Part shown: in pieces, positions 13,782 through 23,830 of the stretch
Position numbering within the stretch: the stretch's first letter is position 1
Layout of the letters: each line of letters starts with the position of its first letter
Program-made: the position numbers and the translations under genes
NCBI GenBank assembly: GCA_027604505.1
Contig: JADIIX010000012.1
Location: 248,001-276,136, forward strand
DNA: 28,136 bases
Source: Gonapodya sp. JEL0774
Lineage: Eukaryota
Reading direction: 5' to 3'
The notes under the pieces: model-generated
The model's input: only the letters and a program-made list of their open reading frames with translations
What the model was told of the DNA's origin: nothing
The model's database searches: none

Positions 13782-14893
13782 ATGTTCCCTCCACCTTCTC
13801 ACCCAAACCTGTTACAAGTTTACGTGTTGCCAACGAAAATTTCTACCTACGGCGCTGCAAATCAATCTACTGCGCTTGTGCTTCATCCACGCTTGCCAAA
13901 GCCGGCGAGCCCTGTAGACCGACACTTCGTGGCTGCCGGTGATTTAGATTAATTTGCGTTTTGAAAGCACCGCAGGAAAGGTCAACAAAGTTCCTTACCA
14001 CAGCTTATTTTGCTCGCAAATGGCGATACTCTATCTTCGACTGGGCTCACAATCAATTTCGGAGCCGCGTTGGTCGGTTTGCACAGAATATACCCTTGGC
14101 AATAAGAGTCCAAAAGCTCTCCTCTCGACCGGGCGTAGTTGAAGAGTATTTTACAAAGGTGCGTGTTGTGAGTTAGTTTTCCGGAAGTGACCAGACTTGA
14201 ACGAATCGTGATATCGATGTGTACACGGCAGATGATCCGTCGTGACATTGCGGTTATGGAGATCTACTTACCCAAGGGTCTGCTCTCGACAGAGAGAACT
14301 CGTAATGTAATATCCCGGATGCTTCTTCGATGGGGTGCAGGTAGTGTGTCCCAGTCGCCTCTGTGTATTGTTGGTATCCACAAACCACACCTTTCCTTTA
14401 TCCCCAAGAGTCGATACGACATAGGAATCTGTGAGTCATTCTGAACATAATAGCTCGCGCCTGTCTGACACCCCTTTATTAACTAACTCCCCCCTCCAAA
14501 TCCAGGTTTATGAAGTGGATGCTTCTCCTCCCATTCTCAATTCTTCTAGGGAAGGTTATCATTCCCGGACCTGGTCAAATTTTTTTCATGTATTGTCTTT
14601 TCCGTGTTGCAGGGCATTATCGTGCCATGCAGGGAGGGCAGCGCTTGTTAGCTCTTTTGAGGGAAGGCGGAGATTCGGTGCGTTATATCTACTCGGATGA
14701 ATGGTCCAGAGCTATAACAGAAGCAAAAGAAGCGGTACCCACGATTGGTTCGAGGGATGGTGATGTAACTCTCACCTGGGAACAATTGCAGGAGCTTGAG
14801 AGCCGGACTAAGCTGCACGAGCTTTCGAGAACATGTATGAGAACAGAAAATGCGTACGGTGCGCACCCAGAGGAGTATACGGATGTCTTTTGA
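13782..14893 (+). CDS. Mitochondrial K+/H+ exchange-related protein (Mit_KHE1 family, yeast YDL183C-like)
   Basis: Exons ~13782-139xx (first donor uncertain), ~13976-14158, 14232-14340, 14409-14430 (22-nt micro-exon) and 14506-14893. The joined text MEIYLPKG..SIRHRNLFMKWMLLLPFSILLGKVIIPGPGQIFFMYCLFRVAGHYRAMQGGQRL resembles the family motif I recall (PNIPFFxxxYRxxSHWRALxGxxxL). The N-terminal VYVLP also fits. Confidence 0.75.
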
Positions 14894-15196
14894 TGTGTCA
14901 ATTAACGTGGGTTGCATCGAAGATCCATTGATCTTGTCTTGTACTTCGTTGTCTTGTAGTCAGACTAAGTCTAAAGATACTGTCAATTAGAACACCTGAA
15001 CTTGGAGACGCGTTCGATTTTGTTATTGACCACCATCATTTCATTGCGAAAGCAATCGGCGAAGTACAACGGAGCAACCAAAAAACACCATGAGGTCGTT
15101 ATACATCACACCACACAGATAATAAAATGGCGACTAGTATTGAAAGGCGGCTGGCGTTAAGAAAGCGGAAAGGGATCGGGTGAGAAAGGTGCCCTG

Positions 15197-16355
15197 ATGG
15201 GGGTTTGGGTGGGTTGTTGGTTGATTGTGATCGCTGTAATATCCACTCTTTATTTCACGGATTTGCACAGTACCTACATTCGAAAACAAGACTTTGTCGT
15301 TGTGGATGATCCGGTTCGCCTGCTTTCTCGGCCTTCTTCCTCCTCTCCCCGTCGGCTGCCGCTTCGGGCGTGGGAAGAAACGTCGTCGGCAAAAGCCCAT
15401 GAAAAGAACTATCTGGTAACCACAGTGGAGAACACAGAAAATCTTCATGCAAATCTTGATGCCCTTCATCTCACATTCATGGAACCGAGTGACCCCTCCA
15501 CACCAGTACCAGAATGGTGCCCGAGCCCAGAGATCGGCTTAACGATCACGGGTGAAACGTTGGAACGGCGTCTCTTCCGCAGTCCGTCTAGCATGATCAG
15601 GCGAATAAGGGGATCGGACTCTGCACTCGAGGTGACAGAAAAGCACGAAAGCGAGTACGCAGCGCTCAGTGTCAAAGATGTGATGGAAAAGGCGATTAAA
15701 AGGGGCATCGCTAAATCAAGAAGACTCAAGAGTAAAGAAGGCGAAAGTAATGGGTTTGCCGGAAAGCAATTACCTCCAACAGATCTCGAAGATACCGTTC
15801 AATTGTCTTCCGACACTCTGGCGAACAACTCGGCCCAAAACACGTCCTTCTTGAGCAACAAACGAGGATGTAAGCCTACGGACATAACAGCAAAATACGC
15901 ACAGCTCGTAGATCCAAGGAGTGACAGCGTTCAGCACTCCGTGGCTGATTCGGATGCTTTGGAAATGAAGCGGCACGAAGCTCGCTTAGATGAGCTAAAA
16001 GCCGGTAATTGACACTCATTGCTTGTTACACAAATCGAAAATCTCACTTTCTGACTTATTTTTAGTGGCCCAAAATCTTCATCATTGGGCAGATGCTCAC
16101 CTCACCAAAAATGGGGGTCTTCAAAACGAGTACGCGCCCGTGGCTACCACCCCCACTCCCGCATCACAGCTATCCACTACGGATACGACGGATTTTGACA
16201 TGCTTATAGATGGAGTTAAGCCGTGGTTCGTCAGGACAGTTAACAAAAGGGGAATAGTTCGTCTGGCAGAAGATTTCCGACCGCCAGCAGAGTTGGTCAC
16301 TTGGATTGGAAAGCATGCATCGGAATTGGGCGTTGGGCGCGTGGTTGGGTTTTGA
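15197..16355 (+). CDS. Hypothetical protein with N-terminal signal anchor (365 aa, 2 exons)
   Basis: Exons 15197-16004 and 16066-16355 joined by a 61-nt phase-1 intron (GTAATT..TTTAG). N-terminal hydrophobic stretch VWVGCWLIVIAVISTLYF. No domain recognised. Confidence 0.65.
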
Positions 16356-16770
16356 GGAGTAGGTGGATCTTGAGCAGCATGGAGCCCATTCTCGTAGCAG
16401 TTGAGCACTTGTTGTTGGCAGGCAATAGCCAACTAGATCTGCGGTTAGTTTTATCATCTATCATAGTGCGACTAACTTATGTCACCCGGAGATGTCTTCT
16501 TCCGGGTTCATGTTCCTCAGGATCCCAATTGCGATTGAAAACCATGTCATGAAATCGAAACTCAAGTAGACAGTGAATTTACCGTATGCATGGAGCGAAA
16601 CTAAGAGATTGTAGGGATCCTGACCATCACTGGCGAATGAATGGATAGAACGATGGAATATCGACCACTCGGTTGTCAGCTTCTGTAGGGGTATCACGCA
16701 GCCCACAATACGTGAAGACAGAACTAGCGTGTGCTTCACAAGGGTGGTGGCTTTTGGCTTCTTCTGATTC

Positions 16771-19441
16771 ATGGCGGAGTGCCAGGCATGCGTACGTTTT
16801 GTCCATGATATCATCATCATTGGACCTCACCTGGCAAAACCAAGTCGTTCGCGAGTCCGGGACAAGATCTAAACAAATCCAGCCGGCAGGACCGGTTGGG
16901 AAGTCCGGTGCTTCTTGGTTACATGCCGTTGTAGACCTGATCCGCGTGTAGAATAATATACTTAGAAATCCACCCTGGCGGCGGCAGGGTTCCTAGTTGA
17001 ACGCAACGCCAAAACCTGATCGGTTGTCAGCATTCGAAAATCTTCACTCGCTAATCCCAGCGGTCGCTTGATCCAGCTGTAAAGCTCAACACATTTTCTA
17101 TCCCGTGAGCTTGTCTGGACCTTCTTTTTCCGCACTCCTGCTCTTGAGTGCCAAGTCGGCGCAGTTCCAGGCTGCCTGAACTCATCACTAATTGGGAGAC
17201 AACGTCCTCGACTCGACACTCTGATACTTCCCACTCTAAGGAGATCCCATCGCTCAAAGCAATTTATATGACTGAAAGGATAGCATCTCTTGGTCCCCAA
17301 GCCGATGAGCTGATTGCTAAAGCTCGCCAGAACAACCCCCGTCCACTTCTGCTCAAGATACTCGCGGGAGAAGTGAGCTGAAGGATTGATTTCGCCCAGT
17401 CTGGCTATCTTAAATGACCTTATCATCCACATGAAAGTTGAATTCGCCCCTCAATCGACTGGATTTTGAAGAGTAGGTCCGCAAGACTATAGAGACTTTT
17501 TGGAGCCTTTTGAACTGACTGTTCTTCCACGCATCTCCTTTTCATGGCTATCGCGCTGCAACCAGATTTATAAGGGCGTGAGTAACGCTCGATTTAAATG
17601 AACTGGGTCTTGTCAACTTTTGATGTTGTTCGATGCCTGTTTGAAGTCGATTTCGTTCAGAGGTCATTGATGCTTACACAGCAATAGCGGAGTATCGGGC
17701 GGGATCGATGAAGGACACCAGTCTGAAAGTGGAGAAACTGAGGGCGGAAGCGTCGTTGATCGTCGCTACTTACCTCCAGGAGGGGTCAAGCCGGGAAATC
17801 AAGATACCGTGAGCTAGCTTGACTTCCTCTCACTCAAATAGTTACTCTCGCTAACTCCAGCATGCGACTAGTGACTCCGCCCGGAGACATCTCCTCCGCA
17901 ATATAGAGCTTCGAATCCTTGACGGGCAGATCTTCGTGGAGTTGGAAGATGCTGTTCTCCAACTTCTCGATTCGCAGATTCTACACTTTCTAGATGAGGT
18001 ATCACGCGCTACTCGGTCCAATGGCTCGAACGCTCAGCCTCTTTCCACCCGCTCGAGCGGCAGTGCGAGTTCCGTGACCCACAAGCCTCCCTTGCCAGGT
18101 TCTGCCAGAAACTCTTTGCCGGAAACAAGCAATCCGCCGAATATGCTGGTCACACCGTCGAACGAAGACCCGCCGTGGCAGCCACTCCGGTCTCCCGAAA
18201 ATGCAATTACTCCCGAAGCCGCTAGTGCGGCGAGGAGGCACACCCGCAATATCGTACTGCAAATTCTGAATGGAGAGGTGAGCATGAAGCATGTTGCTCC
18301 AGAACGGTTGTGCGCGGCTCCCCTCGCTCAGAAGTAAAAACTCGCAAATGAAAAGCTACCAGCCCCTCTGACACGTCAAGCACTCGAGAACTTCACCAAA
18401 CAAGGTGAGACGAGTAAAGTGACGACGCGGAACCTCCTTTGATGTTCGGCAGAGGCACTCACGAATTCAATTCGCACTTGTGTTTCAAATTTGGAATTCT
18501 TTACCGACATTGAACCCCATTTCGAACCGTTCCGATCATTTCCTTGGAAGAATTCTGCAATGAACTCATACAGTTCCACGATGCCTACATGGCCTACCGT
18601 GAACTCGCTTCCAAGTTTTACAAGGGTTGCATCTCCAACAATGACACGGACCTCGGTTCCACAGAGTCTCTCGACAAGTGTGGCTCTGGACACTCTTTGG
18701 AAGAGAGTGCATTTTCATCGCGTCCGGGAGGGCCTGGACTCGACAAGTATGTCTCGGATAAGGAACTGGAGATGCTGGCAAAAGAGGCCAAGAGAATCGC
18801 AAATATTTTCTTTGGAGAGCAGGCGCCATGCGAACTGAATATCACGTTGGTACTTGCGTCCCCTATTTTTGGTCGGGCATCCAAAACACGCGTTTCTAAT
18901 GAATCTTTTCTGCAATCCACAACGTGCACACTTGCACGCCTCCGCCCATTTCTACATTCCAATCATGCCCGTCTCCCTCTACCGCCTGGTGCCTAATCTG
19001 ACCTTTATCACAAGTGACACAACTACCAAACGCGCCCTTGCCCACCTCGCGTCCCAAAACTACCACCCTAGCGTGTTCCGTCCCGCCCACGAAGAAGTCC
19101 TCTTGGTCCTCCAAACGGCCGTCATGCCCCGCTTCTTCGCCGACTCCCAGCGGAGCAGCTTCTCTGGCGCATCGGGCATGTCCACCGGGCCGGACGCCGG
19201 GGGCGCCCTGTCACCGCGCCGGAGCGCAGGGGACTCTGAAGGGTTGGGCACGACGCCCAAGAGCGGGCGGAGCAGGGACAACACGTTGTGGGGGGCCATT
19301 AAGGATTTCACGGTGCGACCTGCCACACCGTCTAGGAAGCCATCGAGGGGGAAGACGGCGGCAATGGCGGGTGCCGACGGGTTCAACGGAAACGGCGGGC
19401 AGATGGTGATGATGGAGATGCGGAGCGGGGACGCGAGGTAG
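16771..19441 (+). CDS. Protein with two tandem RGS (regulator of G-protein signalling) domains (~555 aa, ~10 exons; 5' end tentative)
   Basis: Exons 16771-16791 and 17061-17104 (both tentative), 17156-17372, 17438-17472, 17566-17577, 17647-17808, 17872-18277, 18356-18404, 18551-18845 and 19015-19441, all phase-consistent (1668 nt). Domain 1: LLKILAGELNSPLNRLDFEEFIRARFRSEVIDAYTAIAEY..ASLIVATYLQEGSSREIKIPDSARRHL..IFVELEDAVLQLL. Domain 2: VLQILNGELPAPLTRQALENFTKQEFCNELIQFHDAYMAY..AKRIANIFFGEQAPCELNITDTTTKR..SVFRPAHEEVLLVLQTAVMPRF. Confidence 0.85.
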
Positions 19442-20037
19442 GAGGCGGGAATAGTGGAGTGCGGGTGTGTGTGTGGTGGGAGAGGGAGCACGAAGGAGAC
19501 GGGGCGGGGGAGGGGGGAGGCGCGGGGATGTGCGAGGTGTGGAAAAACGTTGATTGCCGTTAAAGAATACGCTGTGAACACCTTGAAACACAACTTAATA
19601 AATAATAATTTTTCCTCGATCACGACGAACCTCACATGTCGACCGTGCACCGCCGTTTTTGTCGGCGTGCGTCCGTGTGAAAAGCGGGGACATGCTCGCT
19701 GAACGTGACACGTCTACTTATTCAGACCTTTTGCCAATTCGGCGGGGCCCCACAAGAGCCATATTCATATTCCCAAGTCCCCATGCATTTATATTCCGTT
19801 ACAATCATCATCATCTATCATTTCAATGAAGAAGAAGCAGGAGTGAATAAAACCCCTCTCATGAGAGTGCTCCCCTGTATCAAACCCCAATCTGTAAAAG
19901 AAACAAAGCAAAAGAAGAAAAAAAGACTGCCAAGCAGGAAACATCCCTCGATGCAAACAGCGCTCAAGCCCGGGGCGGCGGGCAGCGGGCGAGGTGCGGG
20001 GTTCGCACCGGCCCGTTCCTCCACAACCTCCGTCTCT

Positions 20038-22638
20038 CTACACCCTCGACTCCGGCTCCGCGAGTCCCACCTCCACGTCTGTGGCTCTTGCGGCCGGGGC
20101 AGGCGAGGACGAGGACGGGGCCGGGGTTGCGGACGGGGAGCTGGGTTCGGGGACGTACAGGGCCGCGGCTTGGATGCGGAGGTAGGCGATGTAGGTAAAG
20201 ATTGCTCTGGGTGCGAGGGTGGGGGGAATGGGGTGACGGGTGGCGGTGGGGGAGAGGTTGAGTGTTGAGTGTGTGTGTGCGATCACAGGGTCGAAAGCCA
20301 GATGGGAAGGGACCCCAAGGGTGATTCACGGCCGGGGGTACGTCGAGGTACGTGGGGAGGGCTCTTCTTACCCCCCCAGCTGCCCCGCCGTCAGTTCGCT
20401 CCATCAACATGGCGCACCAACACCTGCCAAGGCCATCTCCCTGTACGGATCCTTTCCCGCATTTCCCCCACCCACCACCCCCGTGCCCTCCTCTACCAAC
20501 TCACTTGAGCAACACCATCCACCCCACCACCATCAACAAATAACTCATCCACTCGTTGCCCACCGGATCCCCCGCGTCCACTCCGTCGTCGTCGCCGAGT
20601 GGGTCGTCCGAGCCGGAGCCGGGCACACCGCCAGCCAGTTGCCGGCGGGCTCGGTGGAGAACGATGAGACCGTACCGGACGAGGGTGATGCCGAGGCCGG
20701 CGCGGGAGCCTTCGCGGGCGGCTGGGGGCGGGTGGGGGGAGTGGATGGAGTGTGAGCGATGAATAAGGGGGCGGGGGGAGGGGGGGGGAGGAAAGCGAAC
20801 TCACCGTGGCTGGTAGCGAGGAAGAACGTGACCATGAAGCCGACAAAGTCTGTACGAGAAGGCGAGAGAGGCAGAGGGTGAGGAAAGACCAGTGAGGAAC
20901 GAGAGCAGACTCCCACAAGCACTCCGAGAATCACAAAGGCACCGCAACTTGCGGTATCCACTCGATCCAAGGACATTTCAAACTCTACGGCGACACAAGA
21001 ACTCTTGTGCACACTGGATTCCCCTCGAAACCCGAAACCCGGACGACTCATCTGTCGGCTCTGCCCTATCACAGACCCTTCCTTCAATCCTTCCAGACCC
21101 TCTTCTCCCCAACCCCGCATAAGAAACCTCCTTCCACCGCAACCCGCAACTGCCACACCGCCACACCTCGTCCCCCCAACCGCCCCCACCCCGCACAACC
21201 GCCCCCACCCCGCACAACTGCCCCCACCCCGCACAACTGCCCCCACCCCGCACAACCGCTCCCACCCCGCACAACCCTCAACCCACCAAACACCACACTG
21301 GCGACCACATTGACCGCAAACACGGGCCACGTTCCTACGGGCACGCCCTCGACGAGAAACTCTCCCTCGTCGGACACTTGGTACCGGTCGAGGAAAGGGT
21401 TGGCGTAACTTGCGGGGCGGACGACTGTGGTGGAGAGGTGGGACGTGGGGGGGCGGCCAACGGCTTCGAAGTAGGACTACGGGGGTGGGAGGTGGAAGGA
21501 GGGGACATGGGGAGGGGGAGGAGGCGTGGACGGGTTGGTCACAGCGGGGACGATCCGGATGGTGGGACGGATGGTGTGTGTAGAAAGACGAGTCCAGTGC
21601 GTGAGATACACGTGTGACTCATGTGGAACACATGTGGATGTCCTGGTCCGACGTGTGTCGCGAGCAGACCGGCAGAGAGGAGAACTGCCCATTGTATACC
21701 ACGCATCCAAAACAGCCAACACTGTCCTGGTCCAGCTACCATCACCCTGAATCTCCAGACACGAGTACAGATGAGCGGAGTGCCATTCATGTATGCCCCG
21801 GGTCCATCGTGGTCCAACCAGGGACCTCAACACCGACTCAACCGGTCCACCTCGTGGCCGCTCTGGTCCGACCACGGGACCAAAAAGCAAACTGCAGATC
21901 AACACGTGGGTCGATACGGTACATGGAAACTGCTGCACCAGATCCCCTCCCGGCCCAGGTGTGACCCGTCCAACGCCACTCGTCTGGCCCTTCCAACGAC
22001 CCCTTGCCCCTCCGCATCCGCACACATCCCCAGCTCCCGCTCCCCCGCACCTCTGCCTAGAGCAACGCAACGCACCGGCAACTTCTCCTCGGGCCCCGGC
22101 ACGGCCATGAGGTTCGCAAACACCCCGTCGACGTGGTGGTCGACTGGGGCTGCGGGAGTGGTGGAAGTAGGCGGGGTGGTGGTTGTGGTTGTGGAATGAG
22201 CGGGATTGGCAGGGATGTAGGCGAGCGGTCTGTGGTCGTCGAGGTCGACGTCGTCCGAGTCTGAGGAGAGACGTGGGGGCGAGGGAACGTGGGACGAGGA
22301 GGAGGCGTCGGATGTGGGGAGCTGCGAGGAGACAGGGAGAAGAGACGCAAGGAGTGTGAGGGGGGCGGAGGGGGGAGTATGGAAGGGAGACAGACAGAGT
22401 GTCGGTGACAAGATGGGGACAGGCAGACATGCCGGAAACCGGCCAGACAGCTAGACAAGGCCCCAACCGCAGCCCCACACCATCGATGGCAGATGAGATG
22501 GTCGAGAGCGGGCGGCTTTACGGGGATTGCGGGTCTCGATGGAGGGTCGCCCGGTACAGACAGGCCCGGCAAGAGGGGGACGGGGGACCCAGGCAGAGAG
22601 ACCCCGCACGAATAACTCACTCTTTCGTACCGACTCAT
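20038..22638 (-). CDS. BSD2: Bsd2/NDFIP-like Rsp5 (NEDD4) adaptor membrane protein, metal homeostasis (294 aa, 6 exons)
   Basis: Exons 22638-22621, 22321-22076, 21476-21287, 20849-20805, 20721-20505 and 20206-20038 (885 nt). Motifs: DGVFANL, PY-like EKLPSY, LVEGVPVGTWPVFAVNVVASVVFDFVGFMVTFFLATSHAAREGSRAGLGITLVRYG, and NEWMSYLLMVVGWMVLLKA. Confidence 0.92.
21182..21276. repeat. Minisatellite, 5 x 19 bp (GCCCCCACCCCGCACAACY), in BSD2 intron 3
   Basis: Units start at 21182, 21201, 21220, 21239 and 21258. Variation is limited to the last base (C/T) and one C>T change in unit 5. Confidence 0.95.
21523..21977. mobile_element. Possible MITE-like non-autonomous insert in BSD2 intron 2
   Basis: Imperfect inverted ends (GGCGTGGACGGGttGGTCACA at 21523-21543 and TGTGACCCGTCCAACGCC at 21960-21977). 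The interior lacks the G/C runs of the flanks and has a cluster of GGTCC/GGACC motifs. No clear target-site duplication. Confidence 0.3.
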
Positions 22639-23830
22639 TTTCGGCAAATAAAGTTGTTTGGTTTGGTCTGTGTAAATGCTTTGGGCTTTGTAGAGTGGGT
22701 TTGCGTTCAAAGTGTGCGGATGGGTTAGGGGACCACACAAGAAGGGGAGTGCGCAAGATTGCCGAGTGCCAATTATCCCGAACACCTCAGCGAATGCTCC
22801 CACAAATCTCGGCATGACATTTTCATTTCTTTCTTCCACAATCCACAAACCAACAAAAAGACATGTATGTACAATAAGCAAAAATTGCACAATGGAGAGT
22901 TCGACCCGGCTCGTGCTCGTACCATCCACCAGCGATCCATTCGTCACCGGTGACTGTACATAAAATCAGTATGCTGTGTGTGCCGTGTGCCGTGTGACCG
23001 TCGCACCTGCTTGCATGTATCAACGTAGTCATGGGATCATGCACATGCATATCCAGTGAGCGAAGGGGGTTCGCACAGGCGGCACTCTGGCACCAGCGTA
23101 AAAACCCCGGTTGAAGGTACGCGATCATCACCAGTCCAGACCTCGATCGTTGGAATTTGAATGCACTGGGTAGGGTACGTATCTGTGCTTCTGCGGGCAG
23201 GTTTGGGTTGGTCTGGCCCGCCGGCGTGTCATGCACAATCAAGTCATGTGAAATGAGCTCAGGTTGTTGTTGCACCGTTCTAGAGCTCGATTAACACAAA
23301 AGTGTTCAGCGTTCGTGATGTACGTGTACCGATTCAAGTCCGTTCTTTCTCCCGCCGTCTGGATCGCACTTTGCAGGTCGCAGCCAGTACGCAGTATTGT
23401 CGTGGATCCGCCCTCCGGCAGTCACAAACACGAACATGAGGATTAAGGAGTGAGAAGTGAATGGATGGATGGATCCATCGACCCTGGTGCTTATACGTGG
23501 GGGTTTTGCTCACGACTGGCGGACTCGCCATCGAAACATTCAAATCAAAGTATCGGTGTTCGTCTCTATGATTGCTGACGAAACCAGCGCCCGCAACAAC
23601 CCGTTACCCGCCGATGACCAAAACGAATGATGATATGTCATGTTGACTCCTCTCCCCGTCTCCTCTGGACGAGTTGTACACCAACCCTTTCTCTGACTTG
23701 CTCTCGCTCATTACCACCACTCGTCACGTTCGTCACGCAGATTATATCATGTAACCAATCATGGCGTGGGCCGATCAATCCAGCTGGGCGATACCGAACC
23801 CCGCGGCCCCGAAAATAGCGGCGGTGCCGA

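Noticed and set aside
16500..16552. Minus-strand ATGAC..AA..TGAA hairpin resembling a SECIS element
   Set aside because: The helix register is off by one for the GA/AG quartet, and I found no upstream in-frame TGA selenoprotein ORF.
16356..16960. Short ORFs on both strands and a small hairpin with a TGATGA box near 16801-16825
   Set aside because: There is no coherent exon chain or recognisable product, and no well-placed D box with a terminal stem for a snoRNA. It is most likely intergenic, UTR or RGS intron 1 sequence.
21182..21276. Repeat array as a possible CRISPR or telomeric repeat
   Set aside because: It has no spacers, no cas genes nearby, a eukaryotic intronic location, and a unit unlike TTAGGG-type repeats.
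19454..22947. Many overlapping Pro/Gly/Arg-rich ORFs on both strands
   Set aside because: They arise from stop-codon scarcity in GC-rich DNA. The region is explained by spliced BSD2, its introns and convergent 3' UTRs.
22823..23560. 150-aa and 69-aa minus-strand ORFs upstream of BSD2
   Set aside because: They have non-ATG starts, no recognisable motifs and no convincing splice chain, so I left them unannotated.
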